Shown here: positions 1 to 10,086 of the stretch, in pieces
How the letters are laid out: each line of letters opens with the position of its first letter
How positions within the stretch are numbered: the stretch's first letter is position 1
Source of the DNA: Candidatus Bipolaricaulota bacterium
GTDB lineage: Bacteria; Bipolaricaulota; Bipolaricaulia; RBG-16-55-9; DRXL01
Reading direction: 5' to 3'
Assembly (NCBI GenBank): GCA_938091745.1
Contig: CALLJK010000015.1
Coordinates: 179 to 64,178 of the forward strand
Length of the DNA: 64,000 nt
Translations under genes and position numbers: made by a program
Notes under the pieces: generated by a model
The model's input: only the letters and a program-made list of their open reading frames with translations
What the model was told of the DNA's origin: nothing
The model's database searches: none

Positions 1-2532
1 GACTATCTCGACACGCTGATCGACCCCGATCATCCCGATCTTGGGCCAAAGAACAATCAGTGGGCGTTCATGTGGGGACGCCTGAAGGGCGGGCGTTCCG
101 ATCTGATCAAGCGTTTCGTGGTCGAGAGCTTCGGCTCGGTCAACGCGCATGGGCACACGACCGTCTGCCAAGGCTCGCTCTACTTCGCGAGCAAGGCCAT
201 GAGCGAACAGTATATCGGGGGCAAATGGACCGACGGCAAGAAGTTCTATTGGCAAGCTGATCAGAATAACTCTGAGTTTATTATCTTTGTTGGGGCATCG
301 CCGTTTGAGGGCAACTACGGGCCGACGAATCGCGCGCCGGGGCTGACGCGCGGGCTTGTATCGGGACGGTTGAAGTTTGCCGTCGTTGATCCGCGCTTCA
401 GCAAGACCGCGGCTAAAGCGTGGAAATGGATTCCCATCAAGCCCGGCACCGAAGCCGCGTTAGCCCTCGCCATGATCCGCTGGATCATCGAGAACAAGCG
501 CTACGACGCGAAATATCTGAGCAACGCTAATAAAGCCGCAGCCGCAGCCGACAAGGAGCCTACGTGGACCAACGCGTGCTGGCTGGTCAAGATCAAAGAC
601 GGCCGACCCGACGCGTTCTTGAGAGCGAAAGAGCTCGGGCTGACCGAGGAAGATCGCTTTGTCGCGCTCAAAGATGGCCAGCCCATCGCATTTGACCCCT
701 ACGACACGGCCAACCCTGTCGAGGGCGATCTTCTCGTTGATACGGAGATTCAGGGGATCAAGGTCAAGAGCGGGCTCCAAATTCTGTGGGAGTCAGCGTC
801 TTCAAAGACGCTCGAAGAATGGAGCACGATCTGCGACGTCAGCGTGCGCGATATCATCGAGCTGGCTCAAGAGTTTACAAGCCACGGCAAGAAGGCTGCT
901 GTAGACATCCATCGTGGCGCGTCGCAGCACACCAACGGCTTCTATAACGTCTTTGCGTGGTTTGCGCTCAATGTGCTCATCGGCAATAACGACTGGAAGG
1001 GCGGGATGATCCAAGCCTCGACATTCGATCACACCGGTGGCAAGGAGGGCCAGCCGTTTAACTTTGCCAAGCTCAACCCCGGCAAGACCACAGCGTTTGG
1101 GATCAGCATCATCCGCCACGAAAACAAGTACGAAGAGACGACGCTCTTCGATGGGAAGTACCCGGCCAAGCGCCCGTGGTATCCCTTGGCGAGCGATATC
1201 TATCAAGAGCAGATCCCGTCCATGGGCGATGCCTATCCCTATCCCGTGAAGGCGCTCTTTATCTACATGGGCTCGCCGGTCTACGCCCTGCCCGCCGGAC
1301 ATACGAACATAGAAATACTTGCTGATCCCAAGAAGATCCCGCTCGTCGTCGCCTGTGATATTACTATCGGCGAGACTTCTATGTACGCCGACTATATCTT
1401 CCCCGACTTAAGCTATCTAGAGCGCTGGGAGTTTGCGGGATCGCATCCCAACATCGCCCAGAAAGTCCAGCCGATCCGCCAGCCGGTGATCGCGCCCCTG
1501 ACCGAAACTGTCACGGTCTTTGGGCAGGAGATGCCGCTCTCGCTCGAAGCGCTGATATTGGGGATCGCTGAGAAGCTGGGGCTGCCGGGTTTTGGCAAGG
1601 ACGGCTTTGGCGCAGGGCAAGATTTTACTCACCCCGATCAGATGTATCTGAGAATGGTGGCCAACGTCGCTGCTGGGGACAAGCCGGGCGCCGAAGTCCC
1701 CGACGCCGACGACGCCGAAGTCGAGCTGTTCCTCAAAGCTCGACGCCATCTGCCCAAGACAGTCTTCGACCCTGAGCGGTGGCAGCAGATCGTCGGGGAG
1801 AAGTGGTGGCGCAAGGTCATCTACGTTCTCAATCGCGGCGGGCGCTTCGACGACTTCGAGCGCGGCTACGACGGCGACTACGCCAAGAACAAATACGGCA
1901 CGCTCATCAATCTCTACCAAGAGAAGACAGCGCTCATCAAGAACAGCATGACCGGCAAGCCCTTTGCGGGCTATCCCGTCTACTTGCCGATAGCCGACTC
2001 CGTCGGACGCCCCATCGAGGACGACAAGCAGGGCTTCGATCTCCATCTCATCACGCACAGGGAGATTATCCAGACGAAGTCCCGCACGGTTGGGAACTAT
2101 TGGCTGCTCGCGGTCATGCCGGAGAACTCTCTGCTCATGAACTCCCGTGACGCGCAGCGCCTGGGACTCAAAGACGGCGATCTGGTGAGGATCGTCTCGG
2201 CGAGCAACCCCGAGGGCGTCTGGGACTTAGCTAACGGCACGAAAGTCCCCATGACCGGACGAGTCAAAGTCACTGAAGCGATCCGCCCAGGCGTGATCAG
2301 CTTCGCGCTGGGCTACGGTCACTGGGCTTACGGCGCGACTGACGTTGCCATCGACGGAGAAGTGATCAAGAGCGACGAGCGTCGTCGCGCCACGGGCTTA
2401 GGCGGCGTCGCTGGTATCCATGCCAACGCGGCGATGCGCGTCGATCCGTATCTGAAGAACACGTGCTTAGTTGACGTCTACGGTGGCAGTGCTGTATTCT
2501 ACGACACGAAGGTGAAGGTGATCAAAGTGTAG
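1..2532 (+). CDS. ttrA: Molybdopterin oxidoreductase catalytic subunit, tetrathionate reductase A (TtrA)-like clade; 5' end lies outside the window
   Basis: Frame is open from base 1 ([20 protein letters not shown]...). It has DMSO-reductase-family motifs ([48 protein letters not shown]-terminal molydop-binding domain). The [10 protein letters not shown] segment is one I recall from TtrA-type proteins. The substrate is not certain. Confidence 0.75.
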   Translation, partial: DYLDTLIDPDHPDLGPKNNQWAFMWGRLKGGRSDLIKRFVVESFGSVNAHGHTTVCQGSLYFASKAMSEQYIGGKWTDGKKFYWQADQNNSEFIIFVGASPFEGNYGPTNRAPGLTRGLVSGRLKFAVVDPRFSKTAAKAWKWIPIKPGTEAALALAMIRWIIENKRYDAKYLSNANKAAAAADKEPTWTNACWLVKIKDGRPDAFLRAKELGLTEEDRFVALKDGQPIAFDPYDTANPVEGDLLVDTEIQGIKVKSGLQILWESASSKTLEEWSTICDVSVRDIIELAQEFTSHGKKAAVDIHRGASQHTNGFYNVFAWFALNVLIGNNDWKGGMIQASTFDHTGGKEGQPFNFAKLNPGKTTAFGISIIRHENKYEETTLFDGKYPAKRPWYPLASDIYQEQIPSMGDAYPYPVKALFIYMGSPVYALPAGHTNIEILADPKKIPLVVACDITIGETSMYADYIFPDLSYLERWEFAGSHPNIAQKVQPIRQPVIAPLTETVTVFGQEMPLSLEALILGIAEKLGLPGFGKDGFGAGQDFTHPDQMYLRMVANVAAGDKPGAEVPDADDAEVELFLKARRHLPKTVFDPERWQQIVGEKWWRKVIYVLNRGGRFDDFERGYDGDYAKNKYGTLINLYQEKTALIKNSMTGKPFAGYPVYLPIADSVGRPIEDDKQGFDLHLITHREIIQTKSRTVGNYWLLAVMPENSLLMNSRDAQRLGLKDGDLVRIVSASNPEGVWDLANGTKVPMTGRVKVTEAIRPGVISFALGYGHWAYGATDVAIDGEVIKSDERRRATGLGGVAGIHANAAMRVDPYLKNTCLVDVYGGSAVFYDTKVKVIKV

Positions 2533-2535
2533 GTG

Positions 2536-2608
2536 AGGCCCTCACCCCGCCTACGGCACCCCTCTCCCGTAGCTCACCTACGGGAGAGGGGCAGGGGGTG
2601 AGGGCCTA
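2536..2608. repeat. Nested palindrome, REP-like element
   Basis: Outer arms AGGCCCTCACCCC/GGGGTGAGGGCCT (13 bp) enclose inner arms CCCCTCTCCCGTAG/CTACGGGAGAGGGG (14 bp, 5-nt loop), immediately after the ttrA stop. Confidence 0.85.
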
Positions 2609-2625
2609 CAAAAGAAGGAGACATC

Positions 2626-4401
2626 ATGCGATACACTCTTATAGGCGTTGGGACGATCTTCGCCCTTATAGCGCTTAACCCCAATCTCCAAAACTGTGCC
2701 GTGACTGTCCAGCCGGGTCAGTCTATTCAACAAGCTATCAATACCGTTGCCGAGGGTGCTCTCGTCTGTCTTGCCCCAGGTACGTTCACGGAAAATATCA
2801 CGATCGCCAAAAGTCTTGCGCTGCGCGGCGCGGGGAGAACCCAAACTGTTCTTCAAGGCGCAGTGCGCATCGAGCGCGATCAGGAGATCGAAGTTACTCT
2901 AGCAAGCTTGACCGTGCGCGGATCCCGATTGGGCGCGGGCGTGCGCATTGCTGGGAAAGCCCTCGTCACGCTCGATGACATCGCCATCACAGAGAGCTTC
3001 ATGGGCGTGCTCGCTGTTGGCTCTGCTCGCGTTATGATCGCCAACGCTCTTGTATCGGGCAATCAGTACGACGGCGTGCGCGCTGAGGGTGCAGCGACCG
3101 TCACCGTGCAAAACGCTCAGATCACCGACAACGGGCTTGACGGCTTAGTCACCAGAGACTCCGCCGTGCTGCAGCTCAGTGAGAGCGTCATCGAGAACAA
3201 TAAGCGTTGCGGCCTACGAGTCTTTTCTGGAAAAGCTTCGGGAACACCCAACACGATGCGTGGCAACGGCGCCGATCTGTGCGGGTTTGCCCCCGTAGCT
3301 CTGCGCAAGCCGCTTGTGCCACAAGCTGAAAAGCCCCAGCTCACCGTCCCTGGGGATTTTCAGAATCTTCAAGAAGCGATAGACGCTATCGCCCCCGGCG
3401 GCACAGTGCTCCTTCAAAACGGGACGTATGACGTCGGACTCACCCTCTGGAAGCCGGTCACGCTGCGAGGCAGCGCGACGCTGCGGGCCATGCCAGAGCG
3501 CCAACTCGTGCTCTCAGTGATCGCTGACGCGCAGTCGGTCGTCCTTGAAGGTGTGACGGTGACAGGGAGTCGCGGGGATGGGCTGCTGCTCTACGGCCAG
3601 ACGACGCTGAAAAACACACAGATCAGCAATCACGCCGACGACGGTGTTGAGATTGCCGGCGCGGCTGTCGTGCAGTTTTTTAATAGCTCTGTCTCCGGGA
3701 GCGGCGACGATGGGCTTTTTCTCTCTGAAAAAGCCCAGCTTACCTTGATAGACTCAACGGTCTCTGACAATAGGGGCGACGGCATCGAAGCCTGCGACTC
3801 TGCAAGTGTGAAGCTCCAAAATTCGCAAGTCTCCACCAATAAGCTGCGCGGGCTGGATATACGGATCGCAGCGCGGTTGGAGCTTCTCAGCTCACGGGTC
3901 GCGCAGAATAAGCTCGAGGGGCTCGCCGTGAGAGACTCTGCCCAGGCAATTGTAGAGTCTGCACAGATCCTCAAGAACGGTGCCGACGGCATGCTGGTGA
4001 CCGATAAGGCCCGCGCGACCTTGACAAACTCGACGATCTCTGAGAACGGGAACGACGGCCTTGAAGTGAGCGGTGCGGCGACTGTAGAGATACAACGCAC
4101 TGTGCTGCAAAGTAACGGCTCTGCTGAAGCGTGTCTGCGCGCCGATCAGCTCTGTAATGGGATCGTCACTATTGGGGAGGCTCAGGTGCGTCTTGCAGAC
4201 TCAGCCGTGCGCGGGAGCGCCGACTGGGGCATTATGGCGTGGCTGCGGCGCTGCGGCGCAACCTTCGATTTCTTCCGTGGCACGGTGACATTCGAGGGCA
4301 CGAACATCATAGAGGGCAACAATAAATCTGGGAACCACAAGGGGAACCCGGGAACGCACCCGTTTACGAATCTGCCCGACGGGCAAGTGTGCTTGCCGTA
4401 A
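2626..4401 (+). CDS. Secreted right-handed parallel beta-helix (pectin-lyase-like/NosD-type) repeat protein
   Basis: N-terminal signal-like stretch. Two 'xVxPGx-SIQxAI' starts (TVQPGQSIQQAI, TVPGDFQNLQEAI) and many ~23-aa repeats of the type 'IsxNxxdGLxVxgsAxVxl'. SD AAGGAG upstream. Confidence 0.85.
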   Translation: MRYTLIGVGTIFALIALNPNLQNCAVTVQPGQSIQQAINTVAEGALVCLAPGTFTENITIAKSLALRGAGRTQTVLQGAVRIERDQEIEVTLASLTVRGSRLGAGVRIAGKALVTLDDIAITESFMGVLAVGSARVMIANALVSGNQYDGVRAEGAATVTVQNAQITDNGLDGLVTRDSAVLQLSESVIENNKRCGLRVFSGKASGTPNTMRGNGADLCGFAPVALRKPLVPQAEKPQLTVPGDFQNLQEAIDAIAPGGTVLLQNGTYDVGLTLWKPVTLRGSATLRAMPERQLVLSVIADAQSVVLEGVTVTGSRGDGLLLYGQTTLKNTQISNHADDGVEIAGAAVVQFFNSSVSGSGDDGLFLSEKAQLTLIDSTVSDNRGDGIEACDSASVKLQNSQVSTNKLRGLDIRIAARLELLSSRVAQNKLEGLAVRDSAQAIVESAQILKNGADGMLVTDKARATLTNSTISENGNDGLEVSGAATVEIQRTVLQSNGSAEACLRADQLCNGIVTIGEAQVRLADSAVRGSADWGIMAWLRRCGATFDFFRGTVTFEGTNIIEGNNKSGNHKGNPGTHPFTNLPDGQVCLP

Positions 4402-4407
4402 ATTTTT

Positions 4408-4482
4408 TGGAGCGGGCGACGGGATTTGAACCCGCGACCTTCTGCATGGCAAGCAGACGCTCTACCGCTGAGCTACGCCCGC
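4408..4482 (-). tRNA. tRNA-Gly (GCC)
   Basis: Reverse complement folds as a cloverleaf GCGGGCG...CGCCCGC-U-CCA, with anticodon loop TTGCCAT and T-loop TTCAAAT. Confidence 0.97.
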
Positions 4483-4492
4483 GCGTTCTTTT

Positions 4493-4521
4493 ATTGTAAG
4501 GCGTTTGCGCATCCTTGTCAA
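4493..4521 (-). promoter_or_regulatory. Sigma70-type promoter for tRNA-Gly
   Basis: TTGACA-17 nt-TACAAT on the minus strand, 10 nt upstream of the tRNA 5' end. Confidence 0.8.
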
Positions 4522-4534
4522 GCTTTGACGACTC

Positions 4535-5092
4535 CTACACAAACTGTACGCCAGCGTCGCGCATCTTGCGTCGCGCTTCTTCGCCGCCTTGAGCAGTGAC
4601 GGGCCGGGTCGCCTCAGAGATGAGCACCACTTCAAAGCCCTCCTTGCGCGCATCGAGCACTGTCGCCAAGACGCAGACGTCCTCGGCCAATCCTCCTACC
4701 CATAAGCGCTTAATGCCGTCCTGGCGCAAGCGCACCGCCAGCCCCGTCTGATCGAACGCCGAGTACTGATCCTGATCGAAGCGCACCCCCTTGGCGATCT
4801 TGACTGTAAAATCGGGCAACCGTAAGTCCGGGTGGAAGCGCGCCCCTTCGGTCCCCTGCACGCAGTGAGGGGGCCAGGGGCCGCCGCGCTCCTTGAAGCT
4901 AATATGCCCCAAGGGATGCCAATCGTATGACGCATAGATGGGGATCTTCTGGGCTTGTGCTGCTTCGATCCAGCGGTTGAGCACAGGGACGACTCTATCT
5001 CCCTCGGCGATGGGCAGCGCCCCGCCAGGGCAGAAGTCTCTCTGAACGTCAACGATGAGCAAGGCATCGCCAGGCTGAAAGCGCTCGGTCAT
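4535..5092 (-). CDS. pncA: Nicotinamidase/pyrazinamidase (isochorismatase family)
   Basis: LLIVDVQRDFCPGGAL, DWHP.GH.SF, WPPHCVQGT and GLAEDVCV motifs; coupled to pncB. Confidence 0.92.
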   Translation of the reverse strand: MTERFQPGDALLIVDVQRDFCPGGALPIAEGDRVVPVLNRWIEAAQAQKIPIYASYDWHPLGHISFKERGGPWPPHCVQGTEGARFHPDLRLPDFTVKIAKGVRFDQDQYSAFDQTGLAVRLRQDGIKRLWVGGLAEDVCVLATVLDARKEGFEVVLISEATRPVTAQGGEEARRKMRDAGVQFV

Positions 5093-6423
5093 AGGGCTTC
5101 CCTCCTTTCGACGTGGGCTATGAGTTCATGGTAGCGTTGTCGCAATGCGGGGCTTAGCTCGACAGGGTATGGCGGCTGAGCTGGAGCGAGGGCGCGAATG
5201 CGCTCCGGCAGGCGCGCGATCTGCTCGTGGGCATACTTTCGAATCGCTTCAAGATCTTGGGATTCGAGGCGCTCCCCTGCGCGCATCACTGGGATAAGCA
5301 AGGGGCGTCCAGGGAGCTGCTCGTCGGCGTGCGCGATGACGTCGCGCACGGCGCAGCCATGCTCTTCGATGCGAAAGATCTGCTTGCGCCCAGGGAGAAT
5401 GGGCTTCCCTGGGGAGAGTTTCAAGCGCCCCTGGCCCGCGTACTCGCTCAGCTTATACGCGATATCGAGATCGGGGGCGTCTTTCGAGACGCCCATATAT
5501 GTCCCCACGCCAAAGCCGTCAATAGGCGCCCCAGCTTCGAGCAACTGCGCGATGCGCTCCTCGTCGAGGCCGCCGCTGGCCAAGATCTTCACGTGAGAGA
5601 GCCCCGCAGCATCGAGCATCCGGCGCGCCTGCCGCGAGAGTTCAAGCAGATCGCCAGAGTCCAAGCGAATCGCTTTTACTCTAAAAGCCGGCCCCAGCTC
5701 GCGCGCCAGCGCGATCACTCTGCGGACCCCAGCAAGAGTATCGTACGTGTCGACGAGGAGCACGGTCTCGGGATAGATGCGCACAAATGCGCGAAATGCT
5801 TCGAGCTCGCTGGGGTGAGCCTGGACGTAGCTGTGGGCCATCGTGCCTACGACGGGAATCTTATAGAGCTTGCCCGCTAACACGTTAGAAGTCGCGGCTA
5901 CGCCAGCGATGTAGAAGGCGCGAGCGCCCTTGATGGCGGCGTCGCTGCCATGCATACGGCGCGCGGCGAAGTCGAAGACCGGGCGCCCTTGAGCTGCTGT
6001 GACTACGCGATATGCTTTAGAGGCCAGCATCGTCTGCAGCTGAATCTGATTCATGATGAAAGTCTCGAAGAGTTGTGCCTGGGGCAGCGGCGCGACGATC
6101 TCTAAGATGGGCTCATTGGGGAAGACGGGCGTGCCTTCGGGAACGGCATAGACGTCCCCGCTGAAGCGCAGTGCCCTGAGCCAATCGAGAAATTTTTGGG
6201 AGAACTGCCCCAGCGACGCAAGATAGTCTATGTCGTCATCGCTGACGCGAAAGCTTTCTAAGTACTCCAGGACGGCTTCCAGCCCGCACGCGATGAGAAA
6301 ATTGCGCTGCGGGGGGAGGCGGCGCACAAAGACGCTGAAGACGGCTTGGTCGGTCAAGCCCTCTTCTAAGTAGGCTTGGGTCATCGTAAGCTCATAGAGA
6401 TCGGTAAAGAGCGCCAGCGCCAT
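5089..6423 (-). CDS. pncB: Nicotinate phosphoribosyltransferase
   Basis: LFTDLYELTM, DFAARR, GTMAHS, LVDTYD, IRLDSGDL and FGVGT motifs. Confidence 0.95.
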   Translation of the reverse strand: MALALFTDLYELTMTQAYLEEGLTDQAVFSVFVRRLPPQRNFLIACGLEAVLEYLESFRVSDDDIDYLASLGQFSQKFLDWLRALRFSGDVYAVPEGTPVFPNEPILEIVAPLPQAQLFETFIMNQIQLQTMLASKAYRVVTAAQGRPVFDFAARRMHGSDAAIKGARAFYIAGVAATSNVLAGKLYKIPVVGTMAHSYVQAHPSELEAFRAFVRIYPETVLLVDTYDTLAGVRRVIALARELGPAFRVKAIRLDSGDLLELSRQARRMLDAAGLSHVKILASGGLDEERIAQLLEAGAPIDGFGVGTYMGVSKDAPDLDIAYKLSEYAGQGRLKLSPGKPILPGRKQIFRIEEHGCAVRDVIAHADEQLPGRPLLIPVMRAGERLESQDLEAIRKYAHEQIARLPERIRALAPAQPPYPVELSPALRQRYHELIAHVERREAL

Positions 6424-6457
6424 TAGGTGCTATTATATCGGGATGTTCGAGGATCGG

Positions 6458-7357
6458 CTAGGAGGGCGCCACGAGCGCGCGCAGGGCCGGCTCCAGCTCG
6501 GCGAAGCGAAACTGATAGCCCTGCTGCTGCAACCGTTGGGGAAGTACCTTCTTTGAAGAGAGCAGCTCGCTGGCAAACTCCCCAAGAATGAGCTTCAGCG
6601 CGAACGCCGGCGCGGGCAGGATCGCTGGGCGCCTCAAGACGTGCCCCAGTATCTGAGCGAATTCCCTCTGGCGCACCGGCTGGGGCGCTGTGACGTTAAT
6701 CGGCCCGCGCAGATCGTCTCTCTCTAAAGCGAACAGAATCGCGCCCGCGACGTCGTCGCGATGGACCCACGACCAGAACTGTCTTCCTGAGCCGAGCGGC
6801 CCGCCCAGCCCAAGTTTAAAGATGGGCATCAGAGCTTGTAACGCTCCGCCCCCTGGGCCAAGCACCAACCCGATGCGCAGCCGCACCACGCGAATCCCAA
6901 AGTTTTCCGCACGGGCAGCTTCGCTCTCCCAGGCTTGGCAGACTTGAGCGAGAAAGTCCGAACCCGGCGGTGAGTCTTCTGTCAGGGTCTCTTCCCCGCG
7001 GTCTCCGTAGTAGCCGATGGCACTCGCAGAGATGAGCACCTTTGGGCGCGAGTCAAGCTTCGTGAGACTTTCTACGAGATTGCGGGTGCCCAGGACGCGG
7101 CTGTCGCGAATAGCCTTCTTTTTCTCGTCAGTCCATCGTCCAGCGACGGTCTCCCCAGCGAGATGGACGACAGCGTCGCAGCTCTTCAGGGCTTCGGCGA
7201 GCGCCTCCCAGCGAAACGCTTCGGTGAGCGCGGGGACGCGCTGCTTAGCTTTTGTTGGATCGCGTGACAGGGCAACTATTGTATGCCCGGCTTGGCTCAA
7301 GACTTCGCAGACGCGACGTCCAAGAAACCCTGTCGCACCGGTGATGAGGATCTTCAT
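6458..7357 (-). CDS. TIGR01777-family NAD-dependent epimerase-like oxidoreductase
   Basis: ITGATGFLG, HLAGE, SASAIGYYG, LGSGRQFWSWVHRDD and INVTAPQPV motifs. Confidence 0.9.
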   Translation of the reverse strand: MKILITGATGFLGRRVCEVLSQAGHTIVALSRDPTKAKQRVPALTEAFRWEALAEALKSCDAVVHLAGETVAGRWTDEKKKAIRDSRVLGTRNLVESLTKLDSRPKVLISASAIGYYGDRGEETLTEDSPPGSDFLAQVCQAWESEAARAENFGIRVVRLRIGLVLGPGGGALQALMPIFKLGLGGPLGSGRQFWSWVHRDDVAGAILFALERDDLRGPINVTAPQPVRQREFAQILGHVLRRPAILPAPAFALKLILGEFASELLSSKKVLPQRLQQQGYQFRFAELEPALRALVAPS

Positions 7358-7369
7358 AAAAAGTTGAGG

Positions 7370-7444
7370 TGGTAGGCCGTGCAGGGATCGAACCTGCGAC
7401 CCCCTGCTTAAAAGGCAGGTGCTCTACCACTGAGCTAACGGCCC
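7370..7444 (-). tRNA. tRNA-Lys (TTT)
   Basis: Cloverleaf GGGCCGT...ACGGCCT-A-CCA with anticodon loop CTTTTAA. Confidence 0.97.
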
Positions 7445-7450
7445 ACAGAG

Positions 7451-7479
7451 ATTTTACCCGTCTGTGCTGACCCTGTCAA
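7451..7479 (-). promoter_or_regulatory. Sigma70-type promoter for tRNA-Lys (and probably the downstream epimerase gene)
   Basis: TTGACA-17 nt-TAAAAT on the minus strand. Confidence 0.8.
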
Positions 7480-7536
7480 CTGAAAATTTGTCCCAACTCT
7501 ACTGAAATGATAGAATACCCTCCGAAGGAGGCCGAT

Positions 7537-10086
7537 ATGAAACGCTTTACAGTGCTCATTCTCTTGCTCGCCACACTCGCTGTCGTGTCGTCTCCCAGCT
7601 CGCTCGCTCAGCCCGAGGTGCACGAATTCACCCTCGAGAACGGGTTAAAAGTCTTGCTCGTCCCCAGAGCCGGCACAGGCATCACAGCTGTAGATATCTG
7701 GGTCAACGTGGGCAGCCTTAACGAGACGCGAGAGATCTCGGGCATCTCGCATTTTTTTGAGCACATGCTCTTCAAGGGCACCGAGAAACGCCCCGGCGGC
7801 ATTGATCGCGAGATCGCAGCCCTCGGCGGCCGCACCAACGCCTCAACTTCTTATGACTTCACGCATTACTATATTATTTTGCCCAGCGAGCACACCGAAC
7901 TCGCTATCGATATCATCGCTGATATTACGCAGAACTCGACTTTTCCTGAAGAGGAGATCGCTCGCGAGAAGGAAGTCGTGCTGCGCGAGCAGCAGCAGCG
8001 ATCTGATTCCCCAAGTTCGTTTGCATTCTTCACGCTGCGCCAAGAGTTTTATACTGTGCATCCGTATAAGCTCCCCATCATCGGGTTCGCTGATAGCTTA
8101 GAAAGACTCACGCGCGAAGACTTCCTCAACTGGATGAGGACGTACTACGTCCCCAACAACATGACGCTCGTCGTCGCCGGGGATATCGAGATCGAGAAGA
8201 CACTGCAGATCGTGCGAGAAAAATTTGGCGCGATGGCACCTAAAGCGATTCCCCCCCAGCAATATCCCAAGGAGCCAGCTCGCACGCAAAAGACCGTCAA
8301 AGAGATCCGACGCGACGTCAGCCAGGGGTATCTCATCTTCGCCTGGCCCGGACCGTCCGTGAAAGAAGCCCAAGACGTCTACGCTATGGACGTCTTGATC
8401 ACGCTCTTATCTGAAGGGCGCGGCTCGCGCTTCTACAAGAAGCTGCGCAAGGAGCTGGGCTTGGTCACGACAATAGACGCCGGGTATTTCACTCAGAAAG
8501 AGCCGGGGATTTTCAATATCTATGCTGAGTTCCCCTACGAGAACCGCGCGGCCGTCGAACAGACGATTCTGGCAGAGCTGAGGGAGATTCTGGACGGCAA
8601 GCTCAGCCCTGACGAAGTCGAGCGCGCTAAGACCGTCTTGCTCGCTCGCGAAGCCCTCCAAGCAGAGACAAGCGCAGGCATTGCCGGTACGCTCGGCTTC
8701 TACGCCATCGTCGCAGGAGATTATAAATTCGCGCTCACATACCCACAGAGGATCCGCGCTGTGACCGTGCAAGATATCGTCAACGTCGCGCGCAAGTATA
8801 TCAATCTCGATGCGTACTATGAGCTCGTGCTCATCCCCGAAAGCGCAGCCGAGCCAAGCACCGACGAACTCGTCACGCTGCCCAACGGGCTCAAGCTCAT
8901 CTTGCGCCAAGACCCTTCTACAGAGACCGTCGCGCTCCAAGCGTTTGTTGGGACTGGCGCTCGCGCCGAGCCAGCAGACCTTACCGGGATCGCCGAGCTC
9001 ACATCGAGATTATTGCTGCGCGGCACCACGACCCGCTCCGAAGAAGATATTTTTACAGAGATCGAGAACTTGGGAGCCCAGCTCAGCCAAGATATCTTGG
9101 CCGACATGGCTTACGTAACGCTTGTTGCTCCCAAAGAGACGCTGGAGCGCGCCCTGCCCATCTATCTCGACGTTTTGCTCAACCCAGCGTTTTCTCCCGA
9201 CGAAGTCGAGCGCGCCAAGACCGAATTTATTCGAGAGATCCGCGCCCAAGCCGACGAGAATTTTTCGGTCATCTACAATAACTTCCAGAGCGCTCTCTAC
9301 GGTGCGCACCCCTACGGGCGCATCCCAACCCCAGAGAGCGTCGCACGCATCTCGCGTGACGACATCGTGCAGTTCTACAAAAAATACTATGTGCCCAACA
9401 ATATGACCATCGTCGCGGTGGGAGCGTTTGACCGCGCGCTGCTCGAAGCGCTCCTGCGAGCGAAGCTCCAAGAGCTGCCCAAGGGCGCAGAAGAGCTGCC
9501 TATGAAGCCGCAGCCGATCTCACTCGCGCTCACGGAAAATAAGCGCATTGAAGCGACCAAGAGATCGAATCTCACCTGGCTGATTTTAGGCTATCCAGCT
9601 CCACCTGTGGCAAGCCCAGATTACCCGGCGATGAAATTGCTCAACGCGATCTTGGGCGGCGGCATGAGCTCGCGGCTCTTCAGCGAGCTCCGAGATAAGC
9701 GTGGGCTCGCATATTCGACAGGCTCGTTCTATCCGTCGCGCGCTGAGAACAGCCACTTGGTCACGTACATCATCGCGCTACCCCAGAACGCTGAGACGGC
9801 TCAGCAGGGCATTCTCGAGATCATTAGAGATATCCAAGAGAATGGTGTACCCCAAGAAGAGCTGGATCGGGCCAAGAGCTACGTTATTGGGAACTACAGA
9901 ATAGACCACGAGAAGACGGAGCGCCGCGCATGGTACTTGGGCTGGTATGAAACACTTGGTGTGGGCTACCAGATGGATGCGCAGTACCCGGAACTGATCC
10001 AAGCCGTGACATCTGATGACGTCAAGCGCGTCGCCCAGAAGTATTTGCAGAATTATGTGCTCTCGGTCTTAGGGCCGGAGTTTTAG
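7537..10086 (+). CDS. Secreted M16 (pitrilysin-family) zinc peptidase, two M16 units fused
   Basis: Signal peptide after SD AAGGAGG (ATG 7537). The first unit has the inverted zincin motif HFFEH and NASTSYDFTHYY. The second unit lacks it (GIAELTSRLL) and ends with ..LRDKRGLAYS. Confidence 0.92.
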   Translation: MKRFTVLILLLATLAVVSSPSSLAQPEVHEFTLENGLKVLLVPRAGTGITAVDIWVNVGSLNETREISGISHFFEHMLFKGTEKRPGGIDREIAALGGRTNASTSYDFTHYYIILPSEHTELAIDIIADITQNSTFPEEEIAREKEVVLREQQQRSDSPSSFAFFTLRQEFYTVHPYKLPIIGFADSLERLTREDFLNWMRTYYVPNNMTLVVAGDIEIEKTLQIVREKFGAMAPKAIPPQQYPKEPARTQKTVKEIRRDVSQGYLIFAWPGPSVKEAQDVYAMDVLITLLSEGRGSRFYKKLRKELGLVTTIDAGYFTQKEPGIFNIYAEFPYENRAAVEQTILAELREILDGKLSPDEVERAKTVLLAREALQAETSAGIAGTLGFYAIVAGDYKFALTYPQRIRAVTVQDIVNVARKYINLDAYYELVLIPESAAEPSTDELVTLPNGLKLILRQDPSTETVALQAFVGTGARAEPADLTGIAELTSRLLLRGTTTRSEEDIFTEIENLGAQLSQDILADMAYVTLVAPKETLERALPIYLDVLLNPAFSPDEVERAKTEFIREIRAQADENFSVIYNNFQSALYGAHPYGRIPTPESVARISRDDIVQFYKKYYVPNNMTIVAVGAFDRALLEALLRAKLQELPKGAEELPMKPQPISLALTENKRIEATKRSNLTWLILGYPAPPVASPDYPAMKLLNAILGGGMSSRLFSELRDKRGLAYSTGSFYPSRAENSHLVTYIIALPQNAETAQQGILEIIRDIQENGVPQEELDRAKSYVIGNYRIDHEKTERRAWYLGWYETLGVGYQMDAQYPELIQAVTSDDVKRVAQKYLQNYVLSVLGPEF

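Noticed and set aside
4408-4482. tRNA genes as integration (att) sites
   Set aside because: I found no duplicated tRNA 3' fragment elsewhere in the window beyond the generic T-arm similarity among the three tRNAs.
7537-10086. Second M16 unit lacking the HxxEH motif as a novelty
   Set aside because: An active plus inactive M16 pairing, fused or separate, is well known.
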